Positions 37,850 through 46,485 of a DNA stretch of 64,000 nucleotides are shown here, piece after piece (position 1 is the stretch's first letter; the number at the start of each line of letters is the position of its first letter). The notes beneath the pieces were generated by a model. It was not told the origin of the DNA. It made no database searches and worked only from the letters and a program-made list of their open reading frames with translations. The stretch spans positions 554,052 through 618,051 of the forward strand of contig NZ_JBDWLT010000008.1 in NCBI RefSeq assembly GCF_039973015.1, read 5' to 3'. The position numbers were made by a program, and so were the translations under genes. Origin of the DNA: Parvibaculum sp. GTDB taxonomy: Bacteria; Pseudomonadota; Alphaproteobacteria; Parvibaculales; Parvibaculaceae.

Positions 37850-38905
37850 ATGGGGAGGCTGAACATTTCCACCGGATGGCTCACCGGCAAGTTGGGTCGC
37901 GCCGCTGTCCGTCTTCTGCAAAGAAAAGATAACTCTGTGCTGAGTGTAGCCCGCCTGCAGGCGTTTGAACGCCTGCTTCCAACTCTTCCGGTGGAAAAAG
38001 AACTTCTGAGGCTTCGGCATCTTTCCTTCCATGAGCGGAGCGCGGGCCTCACCGCCTGCGCTCGCAGTCCTCTTGCCCCGTCTGAAGCAACCTCAAAGCC
38101 GAGCGGACAACTCCGCACTACGAAAGTAGAAGATCTGAGCCTCGACCGCATTGCCCAGGACATCAACTCGCAAGGATGCGTGTGGGTAAAGGGTCTTTTG
38201 CCAGCACAATGTGCCGAATATTTGCGAAAAGCGATTGATCGCACTCTTGCTGACAAGCAAACGTATGACAAATCAAACACCCCCACACAATGGTACGCGC
38301 CGTTTTCCGACCTGCCAGACAAAGAGCAAAAGAAAGAACTCAATAAACAGCGCATAGCCATGGGGAACTACCCGACATCGATATTTGCTGCGGATTCTCC
38401 GAAGAACTTTTCCACTTGGATCGAGATCATACGGCGAACCGGCCTGACCGAATTAATTACGCAGTATATCGGTGAGCGGCCTGCGCTCTCCCTCAGCAAG
38501 ACAGTTCTACGAAGGCAACCTCCCATGGAAAGATGTGGAGGCTGGCATCAAGATGGCGCCTTTCTTGGCGCGAATGTCAAAACTTTGAACGTCTGGCTGG
38601 CTCTTACAGATTGTGGAGAGAATGCCCCGGGCCTCGACATATTGCCGCGGCGTATCGGCTTGATGCCAACAGGCACCGATGGCGCCCACTTCAAGTGGTC
38701 CATCAGCGATGACCTCGTGCAGCAAACCTATCCCGGGGAGATTGTAAGGCCAAAATTCGAAGTGGGGGACGCCCTCATTTTCGATCAATTCTTTCTTCAT
38801 CGCACAGCATCATCTGCCGAAATGACGAAGGACCGTTATGCGATCGAGAGCTGGTTCTTCAGCCCGGAGGCTTTTCCCGAGCGCTATTCCGGTTTTCTTG
38901 TTTGA
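37850..38905 (+). CDS. Phytanoyl-CoA dioxygenase (PhyH) family Fe(II)/2OG oxygenase
   Basis: WHQDG (HxD) and a distal FLHRT His. The N-terminal roughly 95 codons have no family resemblance, so the start is uncertain. Confidence 0.65.
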   Translation: MGRLNISTGWLTGKLGRAAVRLLQRKDNSVLSVARLQAFERLLPTLPVEKELLRLRHLSFHERSAGLTACARSPLAPSEATSKPSGQLRTTKVEDLSLDRIAQDINSQGCVWVKGLLPAQCAEYLRKAIDRTLADKQTYDKSNTPTQWYAPFSDLPDKEQKKELNKQRIAMGNYPTSIFAADSPKNFSTWIEIIRRTGLTELITQYIGERPALSLSKTVLRRQPPMERCGGWHQDGAFLGANVKTLNVWLALTDCGENAPGLDILPRRIGLMPTGTDGAHFKWSISDDLVQQTYPGEIVRPKFEVGDALIFDQFFLHRTASSAEMTKDRYAIESWFFSPEAFPERYSGFLV

Positions 38906-39518
38906 CGGTGCGCGCTGGCATACCCACCGCCGTCGCATTGGCACCGACATTCGCGAGCACCACTGCATTGGCGCCTATCTTGCAGTTCTGTCCGAGTGTA
39001 ACAGGGCCCAGAACCTTGGCCCCGAGTCCAATCATAGCTCCGCTCTCAATTGTCGGCCCCTGATAGTTTCCCTCCAAGAGACCAATTGCCGCAAATGGCC
39101 GCACAACCACTTTCGAGTGAATGACGGTTAAACCGTCGATAACGACCTGACCATGTGGCAACAGCACGCCCGGGTGGATGATGACAGGATCGCCGATGCA
39201 AACCTGCGCGATCATCATGGACAACTTGTCCAGCAAGCGTGGAAGAACCGGAACACGTCTGCGCCTGAGAGAGGTTCGCAGGCGATATAAAAGGAGAGCG
39301 AAAAAGGCATCCGTCTCCCAGCAAAGAAACATCATCAGACGGATGTTCCGTATCGAAAACTCTCTGTCGCCAACGGGTATGCCCCTGTATGCGGCCTCAA
39401 TCCGCATATCGGCGAGGACAGCCTCCCTGAACCCCGGCATTTCAGCTATTCGCAACCCGAGCTGCGCCAGTTGCTCTCTCCGATTCTGCTTGTACCGCGT
39501 CCACTCAGTCGATGTCAT
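38859..39518 (-). CDS. Serine O-acetyltransferase-like hexapeptide-repeat acyltransferase
   Basis: CysE-like layout: helical N-domain (YRLRTSLRRRRVPVLPRLL), IHPGVLLPHGQVVIDG, left-handed beta-helix repeats (IGLGAKVLGPVTLGQNCKIGANAVV). Its 3' end overlaps the convergent PhyH gene by 47 nt. Confidence 0.75.
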   Translation of the reverse strand: MTSTEWTRYKQNRREQLAQLGLRIAEMPGFREAVLADMRIEAAYRGIPVGDREFSIRNIRLMMFLCWETDAFFALLLYRLRTSLRRRRVPVLPRLLDKLSMMIAQVCIGDPVIIHPGVLLPHGQVVIDGLTVIHSKVVVRPFAAIGLLEGNYQGPTIESGAMIGLGAKVLGPVTLGQNCKIGANAVVLANVGANATAVGMPARTVKQENRNSAREKPPG

Positions 39519-40179
39519 TCTGCTGTTCCAGATTTTCGCTTTGCTTGCCTTTTTCGAGCGGCCGGGCCGGAATCCCGACCACCGTGGTGTTTGCCGGTAC
39601 GTTCTTCACGACAACGGCGTTGGCCCCAACACTGCAATTCCTGCCCAATGTGACAGGCCCGATCACGCGAGCTCCAGTGCCGATTGATGCGCCGCGTTCT
39701 ATCGTCGGGCCTTGATAGTTTCCTTCTCTCAGTCCGATTGTGACGAACGGTCTTATTCGGACCTTGGACTGGATAATAGTGGCACCATCGATAACGACCT
39801 GACCATGGGGCAGGCGCAAACCAGGGTAGATGATGACCGGGTCGCCAATGCAGACCTGCGCAACCATCATTGAGAGCTTGTCCATAAGCCGCGGCAAAAA
39901 GGGTATTCGCCGTCGCATCATCGATACCCGGAGCCGGTAGAGAACCAGGGCAAGAAAAGCATCCGTTTCCCAGCAATAAACAATCGTCTTCCAGATCACA
40001 CTCGCCGTGAAAGTTTCATTGTCGATCCGCTCATCCCAGGAGGAAGCGAGTACGCGAAGATCGGCAAGAACTGCCTTCCTGAAGCCCGGCATTTCAGCCA
40101 AACGCTCCCTGAGCATTGCACGACGAATGCGCTTCTTCAGTTTGGGATCAAGGCTTTTCTTCGTGTTGTCCGACAGCAT
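39505..40179 (-). CDS. Serine O-acetyltransferase-like acyltransferase (tandem paralogue)
   Basis: About 70% identical by eye to the downstream paralogue across the C-terminal half (MMVAQVCIGDPVIIYPGLRLPHGQVVIDG...). Overlaps it by 14 nt. Confidence 0.75.
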   Translation of the reverse strand: MLSDNTKKSLDPKLKKRIRRAMLRERLAEMPGFRKAVLADLRVLASSWDERIDNETFTASVIWKTIVYCWETDAFLALVLYRLRVSMMRRRIPFLPRLMDKLSMMVAQVCIGDPVIIYPGLRLPHGQVVIDGATIIQSKVRIRPFVTIGLREGNYQGPTIERGASIGTGARVIGPVTLGRNCSVGANAVVVKNVPANTTVVGIPARPLEKGKQSENLEQQNDID

Positions 40180-40292
40180 TCTGCCTCACATCCCAACAAA
40201 ACCCGTGCCTGCGACATCGGAATACGCCCCGTTTCGCTCATATCAGAGGCCCTCAGGAACAAGACGATCCGCCAGTCTCGCCCATATTCCAA

Positions 40293-40329
40293 CCACAAAG
40301 CAAAAGGCCCGCGGGGAAACCCGCGGGCC
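40293..40329 (-). terminator. Rho-independent terminator (probable original thiolase terminator)
   Basis: GGCCCGCGGGgaaaCCCGCGGGCC (10-bp stem), followed on the minus strand by TTTTGCTTTG. Confidence 0.6.
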
Positions 40330-40354
40330 TTCATGTTTGTCAGACGTTGAAGTC

Positions 40355-40388
40355 GCTTACGCGAATTCGAAGAGGCCCGCGGCGCCCG
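40355..40388. repeat. 34-bp duplicate of the thiolase 3' end (copy 1)
   Basis: CGCTTACGCGAATTCGAAGAGGCCCGCGGCGCCC is identical to 40458-40491. It encodes ...GAAGLFEFA-stop on the minus strand. Confidence 0.9.
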
Positions 40389-40457
40389 CTGAAATCGCGC
40401 CAGCGATTTCAGCTTTCTCCATATCTGAATGGGCGCCTTTGCTGGCTCTTCGTAATT

Positions 40458-40491
40458 CGCTTACGCGAATTCGAAGAGGCCCGCGGCGCCC
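40458..40491. repeat. 34-bp repeat (copy 2, the functional thiolase 3' end)
   Basis: Identical to 40355-40388 and contains the real stop codon of the thiolase gene. Confidence 0.9.
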
Positions 40492-41681
40492 ATGCCACCA
40501 CCGATGCACATGGTGACGACGCCGTATTTCACGTTCTGGCCAGCCTGCTTGCGGCGGCGGCCTTCGAGCAGAATGTGGCCGGTGCAGCGCGCGCCGGTCA
40601 TGCCGAAGGGATGGCCGATGGCGATGGAGCCGCCATTGACGTTGTACTTCTCCGGGTCAATCTCGAGACGGTCGCGGCTGTAAAGGCACTGGCTCGCGAA
40701 GGCTTCGTTCAGCTCCCAAAGGTCGATGTCGTCGACCTTGAGGCCATGGCGCTCAAGCAGGCGCGGCACGGCGAAGACGGGACCGATACCCATTTCGTCG
40801 GGCTCGCAACCGGCAACCGCGAAGCCGCGGAAGACGCCGAGAATGTCGGAACCGGCCTTTTCGGCTTCCTTGCGCTCCATGAGCACGACGGCGGCGGCAC
40901 CGTCCGAAAGCTGCGAGGCGTTGCCGGCGGTGACGTATCTGCCTTCCTTGACCTTCTGGCCGTTCTTGAAGACCGGCTTCAGCCCCTGAAGCGACTCGAG
41001 CGTCGTTTCCGGGCGATTGCATTCGTCCTTCTCGACCGTGTAGTCGACCAGCGATTCCTCGCCCGTCTCCTTGTTCACGACCTTCATCTTGGTCTTCATC
41101 GGGACGATTTCATCGTTGAAAATGCCGTTCTGCTGCGCAGCGGCGATGCGCTGCTGGCTGCGAAGCGCATATTCGTCCTGGTATTCGCGGGAGACGCCAT
41201 AGCGCTCGGCCACGATTTCGGCGGTCTCGATCATCGCCATCCAGAGCTCGGGCTTTTCCTGCATGAGCTTTTCTTCGGTGAGGCGATTGAGGTTCTGACC
41301 GCCCATCTGCACCAGCGAGATCGACTCGACGCCCGCACCGATGGCGCAAGGGACACCTTCATTGACGATACGGCCGGCGGCCATGGCGACCGTCTGCAGA
41401 CCCGAGGAGCAGAAACGGTTGACCGTCGTGCCCGACGTCGTGACGGGGCAGCCCGCCCAGATTGCCGCGAGGCGGCCGACATTCATGCCGGTCGCACCTT
41501 CCGGTGCGCCGCAGCCCATGAGGACGTCTTCGACCTGGGCGGGGTCGATCTTCGCGCGCTCGATGGCGTGCTTGATCGCGTGGCCGGCCATGGCCGCGCC
41601 GTGGGTGTTGTTGAAGCCGCCGCGGCCGGACTTGGCAAGGCCGGTGCGGGCGGTCGACACGATGACTGCTTCTCTGGACAT
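40461..41681 (-). CDS. Acetyl-CoA C-acyltransferase (thiolase)
   Basis: [23 protein letters not shown]..., NRFCSSGLQ (active-site Cys), C-terminal [18 protein letters not shown]. Start at the ATG at 41681. Confidence 0.93.
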   Translation of the reverse strand: MSREAVIVSTARTGLAKSGRGGFNNTHGAAMAGHAIKHAIERAKIDPAQVEDVLMGCGAPEGATGMNVGRLAAIWAGCPVTTSGTTVNRFCSSGLQTVAMAAGRIVNEGVPCAIGAGVESISLVQMGGQNLNRLTEEKLMQEKPELWMAMIETAEIVAERYGVSREYQDEYALRSQQRIAAAQQNGIFNDEIVPMKTKMKVVNKETGEESLVDYTVEKDECNRPETTLESLQGLKPVFKNGQKVKEGRYVTAGNASQLSDGAAAVVLMERKEAEKAGSDILGVFRGFAVAGCEPDEMGIGPVFAVPRLLERHGLKVDDIDLWELNEAFASQCLYSRDRLEIDPEKYNVNGGSIAIGHPFGMTGARCTGHILLEGRRRKQAGQNVKYGVVTMCIGGGMGAAGLFEFA

Positions 41682-42059
41682 GGACGGTCTCCCGAAGGGG
41701 TTAGCTGGCTTTATGAATAGGCCGGTTGGGTGTTGTGGCCGGTCCGGCGTTCGCCGCCTTTTGGCATGTTTCCGGCCAAGTTGAGGCGCACCATAAACGG
41801 CTGGCGACACCCTTCAAAGCGGAATCTCGGTCAAATTCCGTAGGGTTGAGGTAGCTGCTTTGTTGAGTTTTGAACAGCATGCCGATCAGAACGCGCGCTA
41901 ATAGCGGATTTTGCGGGTGCCTCAATCTTGCCTTGAAAATTCCCCGTAACCGCCCCGGGTGAACCCGATGAGGGTCACATTCGTTGTCCATATTGAGAGT
42001 GTTGAAGGCGGGCTGCCTTGAGGTGCCTGCCGGGTCCATGAAGATGGAAGGGCAAGAAA

Positions 42060-42548
42060 ATGAAACCGCTGACAGTCGTTGCCGCCCTCGGCCTGAGTAC
42101 TGCGATCGCAACCGCGATGGTGGCGAACACAGCCTCGGCATCCGACCCGCTTCCCATGCCGCGTCCCGATATGACGGCGGCGGCGAGCGAGACCGGTATC
42201 GAAGAGCGCATGATCACCGTCAGCGCCATCGACCCTGCCGCGCCGCGCACACCGGGCTATGGCGTTAACGATAGCGAGCGTGTGGTTTACCCGATCTATT
42301 TTGCGGAAGGCTGGACCAGCACGAATGACGAGGCGGAAGTGGCGCTGCGCGCCGCCGCCGAAGAGATCACCTATCGCGGCCTCCAGGACATTACGGTCGC
42401 GCCCTCCGACGCGGCGATGATGTCCTCCGACATCTCGGCGCAGCGAGAAGCCGAAAAGCGCGTTCAGACGGTCGCCGACACGCTCGAAAAATATGGTGTG
42501 CCGGAACGCTGGATTGCCGTGGAACCCTATGCCCTGCCGGGCGTTTAA
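42060..42548 (+). CDS. Secreted hypothetical protein
   Basis: Signal peptide MKPLTVVAALGLSTAIATAMVANTASA. RBS GGAAGGG. No family recognised. Confidence 0.55.
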   Translation: MKPLTVVAALGLSTAIATAMVANTASASDPLPMPRPDMTAAASETGIEERMITVSAIDPAAPRTPGYGVNDSERVVYPIYFAEGWTSTNDEAEVALRAAAEEITYRGLQDITVAPSDAAMMSSDISAQREAEKRVQTVADTLEKYGVPERWIAVEPYALPGV

Positions 42549-42567
42549 CTCTCCGACAATACCTCTT

Positions 42568-42721
42568 CGCGGCGGCCTCCCCTCCCCCTCATAGCCGCCG
42601 CGTCGCACGAAAGGCCCGGTGCCGTCTCACCCTCATCCCCCACCGGGGGACGGCATCGGGTTCTTTACCTCCTCGCAGACTGAACTGACGGCCCGCTGCT
42701 CCCCCGGCGGGCCGTTTTCTT
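42568..42721 (+). ncRNA. Candidate 3'-UTR-derived or independent sRNA: three hairpins with C/U-rich loops, ending in an intrinsic terminator
   Basis: Hairpin 1: CGCGGCGGC[CTCCCCTCCCCCTCATA]GCCGCCGCG (42568-42602). Hairpin 2: GCCGTC...CCCCcaccGGGG..GACGGC (42621-42654). Single-stranded ACCTCCTC. Hairpin 3: cGGCCCGC[tgctcccccg]GCGGGCCg followed by TTTTCTT (42689-42721). Confidence 0.3.
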
Positions 42722-42790
42722 GTGTCCGGGGTCGCGAGAGTCTAGATAGGGCTCCATCTTCAGTTCCTTCTTCCCCCGGATGGTTGCCTC

Positions 42791-43189
42791 ATGAGTTCAA
42801 GACAGGTCGATACGAGCGGCTTCGGCGCCTATGCCGGGCCGGTGCTCCGCAATGAAGCGGGCAGCTTCATCTTCGAGATCTCCGACCATCACCTGAACGG
42901 CGATGACAGGCTGCATGGCGGCATGATGATGACGCTCGCATCGGTGGTGCTCGGCGCAGTCGCGAAAGAGACAGCCGCCGGAAAATCGGAAGGCGCGACG
43001 GTGCGGCCCCTCTCGCTCAATTGCGACTTCGTGAGCGCGGGCGAGAAAGGCGATACAGTGGAGGGAAGCGCAGAGGTGACGCGCGCAACGCGCACCGTGC
43101 TTTTCATTTCCGGTGAACTGCGCGTGGGACCACGCATACTGATGACGGCGACGGGCGTCTACGCAATCAAGGGAACGGACGAGAAGTGA
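42791..43189 (+). CDS. PaaI-family hotdog thioesterase
   Basis: LHGGMMMTLASVVLG motif, 132 aa hotdog size. Confidence 0.8.
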   Translation: MSSRQVDTSGFGAYAGPVLRNEAGSFIFEISDHHLNGDDRLHGGMMMTLASVVLGAVAKETAAGKSEGATVRPLSLNCDFVSAGEKGDTVEGSAEVTRATRTVLFISGELRVGPRILMTATGVYAIKGTDEK

Positions 43190-43620
43190 GAACGCCGATC
43201 CCCTCTCCGGTGACGGTCGAGCCGCCGCAGGGCTGGACGCTGTCGCTGCTGCACGATCCTTTCGAAGCCCATGTGGGACCGCTCTTCGAACGCGAGGAGG
43301 AGGGCGAACGCATCTTCGGCTTCTTCGCGGATGAGCGGCATCTCGACGACCAGGGCGCGGTGCATGAAGGCATGCTGATGACCTTCGCCGACGCCTTTCT
43401 CGGCAGTGCGGCGCATCGAGGCGCGGGCGGCAAAGGTTGCGTGACACTCAGCCTGCAGGCGAGCTTTCTGGCCGAAGCGAAGGCAGGCGACTTCATTGAA
43501 TGCCGCACACACATCGACCGCACGACGCGCGCGATCATTTTCGTTTCCGCAAGGTTCAGCGTGGGCGATGAAGACGTGATGACGGCGACAAGCCTCTGGA
43601 AGGTGCTCGGCGAGCGCTGA
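43186..43620 (+). CDS. PaaI-family hotdog thioesterase (tandem paralogue)
   Basis: VHEGMLMTFADAFLG motif. 4-nt overlap with the upstream paralogue. Confidence 0.8.
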   Translation: MRTPIPSPVTVEPPQGWTLSLLHDPFEAHVGPLFEREEEGERIFGFFADERHLDDQGAVHEGMLMTFADAFLGSAAHRGAGGKGCVTLSLQASFLAEAKAGDFIECRTHIDRTTRAIIFVSARFSVGDEDVMTATSLWKVLGER

Positions 43621-43752
43621 CCCTGACTTCCATTCACCGGCCATTCGCCGGAAATGACCGCTTGCACCGGCATAATGATCGCTTGCGCGAGGCTGGCGGA
43701 ACCGCTTTTCTATGGCCCAAGAAACGGATCTGCATCCAAAGGGAGGCCGGAC

Positions 43753-44604
43753 ATGGCAATCAATTACGACAAGCTGATGAGCCTGAAAGCGGAAGGTCAG
43801 GAGTTCAGCTATGGCGACCGCGAGACGATGCTTTATGCGCTTGGCATCGGCTTCGGGCGCGACCCGCTGGACGAAAAGGAACTGCCTTTCGTCTATGAAA
43901 AAAATCTGAAGACCGTACCGACACTTGCGACCGTCGTCGCATGGGGCGCGGGCGCCATCGGCGACAGCGGCATCAACTACGCGATGGTGGTGCATGGCGA
44001 GCAGAAGCTGAAGCTCTACAAACCGCTTCCGATTGCCGCCAAGCTCAGCGCCGACAGCCGCATTCTCGGCGCGTGGGACAAGGGCGAAGGCAAGGGCGCG
44101 ATCATCGTCACCGAAACCGACCTCAGCGAGAAGGGCGGCGACAAGCTCTGCACACTGACCTCCACGATTTTCGCGCGTGGCGATGGCGGCTTCGGGGGCC
44201 CACGCGAAGGCGCACCGCAACCGCACCAGCTTCCCGATCGCGAACCCGACATGAGTGTGGACGCGGAAACGAAGCCCGACCAGGCCCTGCTTTACCGTCT
44301 TTCGGGCGACCGCAACCCGCTGCACTCGGACCCGGAATTTGCGAAGGCCGTCGGTTTTCCCAAGCCGATCCTGCATGGTCTGTGTACGTATGGAACATGC
44401 TGCCGCGCGATCATCTCGGGCGCACTCGATTACGATCCGACGCAGATCACGGGCTTCGACGTGCGCTTCTCGGCCCCTGTTTTTCCGGGCGACACGGTGA
44501 CCGTCGACATCTGGAAGGACAAGGGCGTGATCTCCTTCCGGGCCCGCGTGAAGGAGCGCGATGCCGTCGTCATCAACAATGGCAAGTGCGAACTGAAAAG
44601 CTGA
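43753..44604 (+). CDS. MaoC-family enoyl-CoA hydratase 2 (double hotdog)
   Basis: MAINYDKLMSLKAEGQEFSYGDRETMLYALGIGFG... and C-terminal SGDRNPLHSDPEFAK hydratase-2 motif. Confidence 0.8.
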   Translation: MAINYDKLMSLKAEGQEFSYGDRETMLYALGIGFGRDPLDEKELPFVYEKNLKTVPTLATVVAWGAGAIGDSGINYAMVVHGEQKLKLYKPLPIAAKLSADSRILGAWDKGEGKGAIIVTETDLSEKGGDKLCTLTSTIFARGDGGFGGPREGAPQPHQLPDREPDMSVDAETKPDQALLYRLSGDRNPLHSDPEFAKAVGFPKPILHGLCTYGTCCRAIISGALDYDPTQITGFDVRFSAPVFPGDTVTVDIWKDKGVISFRARVKERDAVVINNGKCELKS

Positions 44605-44606
44605 GG

Positions 44607-44797
44607 CCGGGGATAAAGCGGCCCTTTTCGGCCTGACTGTCATCGAAACGTCACGATAACGTCACATATCGTTTCCGGGCTCTTTTTCGGGACGCTTTCC
44701 GGGGATATCCCGAAGCGCCCGGAAGCGGCGCGACCCGCCACTCCTGTTCGCGGATGAACAGGGGGCGGGGATAAAATCCGAGGCCGGGCGGGGATAA
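44607..44797 (+). repeat. Composite intergenic element, copy C
   Basis: CCGGGGATAA (44607-44616); CTGTCATcgaaaCGTCACgataaCGTCAC with GTCA at 44639, 44650 and 44661; CCGGGGATAT (44699-44708); CGGGGATAAAATCCG (44766-44780); CGGGGATAA (44789-44797). Confidence 0.75.
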
Positions 44798-44832
44798 CTC
44801 CGTCCGGCCTCTTTTCATGGACGGGAAAAAAG

Positions 44833-46188
44833 ATGTCCCCGGTTTCGGACGATACTGAAAACGAGCCGGACCGCCCGGCGGATATCCCCGCTTCGCTGAC
44901 GGTCAATCCTCCGTTTACGGAAGAAGCAAGACCCGGCGAAACGGGCGACCCGGAAGACCCGCTCTCGGCAATGGAGAGGCTGATCGCGGCAGGCGAGCGG
45001 ACGGGTGCGCTTGCCCATGCGCGCGAAACCGCATCGGCGCGGGAGGCGGAGTGGTGGTCGGCGGGGCTCGTCGCCTCGCTCGCCCATTGCGTGATCGACC
45101 TTGGCGAGCCCGGCGAGGCCGCCACTCTCATCGAGGCGCTGCTGGAGGAGGGACGCGCGAGCGCAAGGGCGCTGACGGTACTCGCACGTGCACGCAGCCT
45201 CGAAGGACGGCACGCGGAGGCGCTCGAAGCCCTCAACGAGGCAAGCCATCTCGACGGGCGTTCGGCAGAGGTGCTGCTGGCGCTGGGCGCGGCGCGCATG
45301 GCGGCGGGAGATACGGCGCGCGCGATCGCCGAACTCGAACGGGTGTTGCGAATTTCGACAGGCGAGAACGCGCAGCAGGCGGACGAACGCGCGGAGGCGC
45401 ATTTCCGGCTCGGCGAGGCATGGGCCTCGCTCGACGAACCGGAACGCGCGGCACGGCATTTCCGCTCGTCGCAGGGAGAGGATGCGAGCGACCGGCGCGG
45501 CGCGGGCATCCGGCTTGCCGAACTCGAAGCGCAACCCGCACCGACAAAGGCGAGTGCTGCCTATGTACGCGCGCTTTTTGACGGATATGCGCCGCGCTAT
45601 GACGGGCACATGGTGGAGACGCTTGCCTATCGCGGGCCCGCCCTGCTGCGCGAGGCCGCGGACCGCGCGGGCGTTCCGGCGGGCGCGCCGCACGACGCCA
45701 TCGACCTCGGCTGCGGCACCGGGCTTTCGGGCGCGGCCTTCAATGATATTTGCCGGACCATGCTCGGCGTCGACCTCTCCCCCCGCATGTGCGCGGCGGC
45801 GGAAGCGAGCGGCTTCTACAGCCGCGTCATCGCGGGCGAACTCGTCGCAACCCTCGATGCGGAGGCGGGCCCCTTCTCGCTCGCCATTGCCTGCGACACG
45901 GTGATCTATCTCGGCGACCTCGCGCCGCTCTTCACATCGCTTGCCGCGAAACTCGCCCAAGACGGATGGTTTGTCTTCTCGACCGAAAAGTCGGATGGCG
46001 TATCGGAAGAAGCGGCCTTGCGCGGCTTCGAGGTCGGACCTACGCGACGCTTCCGGCATACGGAGAGCTATCTGCGCTGGCTTGGCAGCCGCTTCGGTTT
46101 CGCACTGGTGTCGCTCGACACGGGCATGTTGCGAACGGAAAAGCGCGCGCCGGTGGAGAGTTTTGTCTGTGTGATGCGGAAGATGTGA
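44833..46188 (+). CDS. TPR-repeat protein fused to a class I SAM-dependent methyltransferase domain
   Basis: N-terminal half is Ala/Leu-rich TPR-like helices. The C-terminal half has DLGCGTGLSG (motif I) and an MTase-sized domain. Confidence 0.75.
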   Translation: MSPVSDDTENEPDRPADIPASLTVNPPFTEEARPGETGDPEDPLSAMERLIAAGERTGALAHARETASAREAEWWSAGLVASLAHCVIDLGEPGEAATLIEALLEEGRASARALTVLARARSLEGRHAEALEALNEASHLDGRSAEVLLALGAARMAAGDTARAIAELERVLRISTGENAQQADERAEAHFRLGEAWASLDEPERAARHFRSSQGEDASDRRGAGIRLAELEAQPAPTKASAAYVRALFDGYAPRYDGHMVETLAYRGPALLREAADRAGVPAGAPHDAIDLGCGTGLSGAAFNDICRTMLGVDLSPRMCAAAEASGFYSRVIAGELVATLDAEAGPFSLAIACDTVIYLGDLAPLFTSLAAKLAQDGWFVFSTEKSDGVSEEAALRGFEVGPTRRFRHTESYLRWLGSRFGFALVSLDTGMLRTEKRAPVESFVCVMRKM

Positions 46189-46284
46189 CGGCGGGTAAGA
46201 CAGCCTGACTTACCTTTATTCTTATTATATCCGTGTACGAATCATGTTAGCGAGTTGAGTCCCTATTCCAGAAGGATGAGGACT

Positions 46285-46485
46285 ATGGCTCACTACTTCG
46301 TAAACAACGAACCTCAGAATAACGGCGACCACGAGGTGCATGTTTCGACGTGTCACAAGTTGCCATCAAACCGCACCGCTCTCGGCGATCACGCTTCCTG
46401 CTCGACCGCCGTGGCCGCCGCGAAAAGCATCTATCCAACTGCAGATGGGTGCGCGATCTGCTCGTCAGCCTGCCACACACGCTGA
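46285..46485 (+). CDS. Small Cys/His-rich hypothetical protein (66 aa)
   Basis: MAHYFVNNEPQNNGDHEVHVSTCHKLPSNRTALGDHASCSTAVAAAKSIYPTADGCAICSSACHTR. RBS AGGATGAGG. C..C / CxxCxxxCH spacing suggests a zinc ribbon. Confidence 0.55.
   Translation: MAHYFVNNEPQNNGDHEVHVSTCHKLPSNRTALGDHASCSTAVAAAKSIYPTADGCAICSSACHTR

Noticed and set aside
36880-40491. The low-GC island as an intact integrative element with attL and attR.
   Set aside because: No integrase or excisionase is present. The only direct repeat (34 bp) flanks just 69 bp at one border, not the island. It is reported as a possible scar, not as a mobile element.
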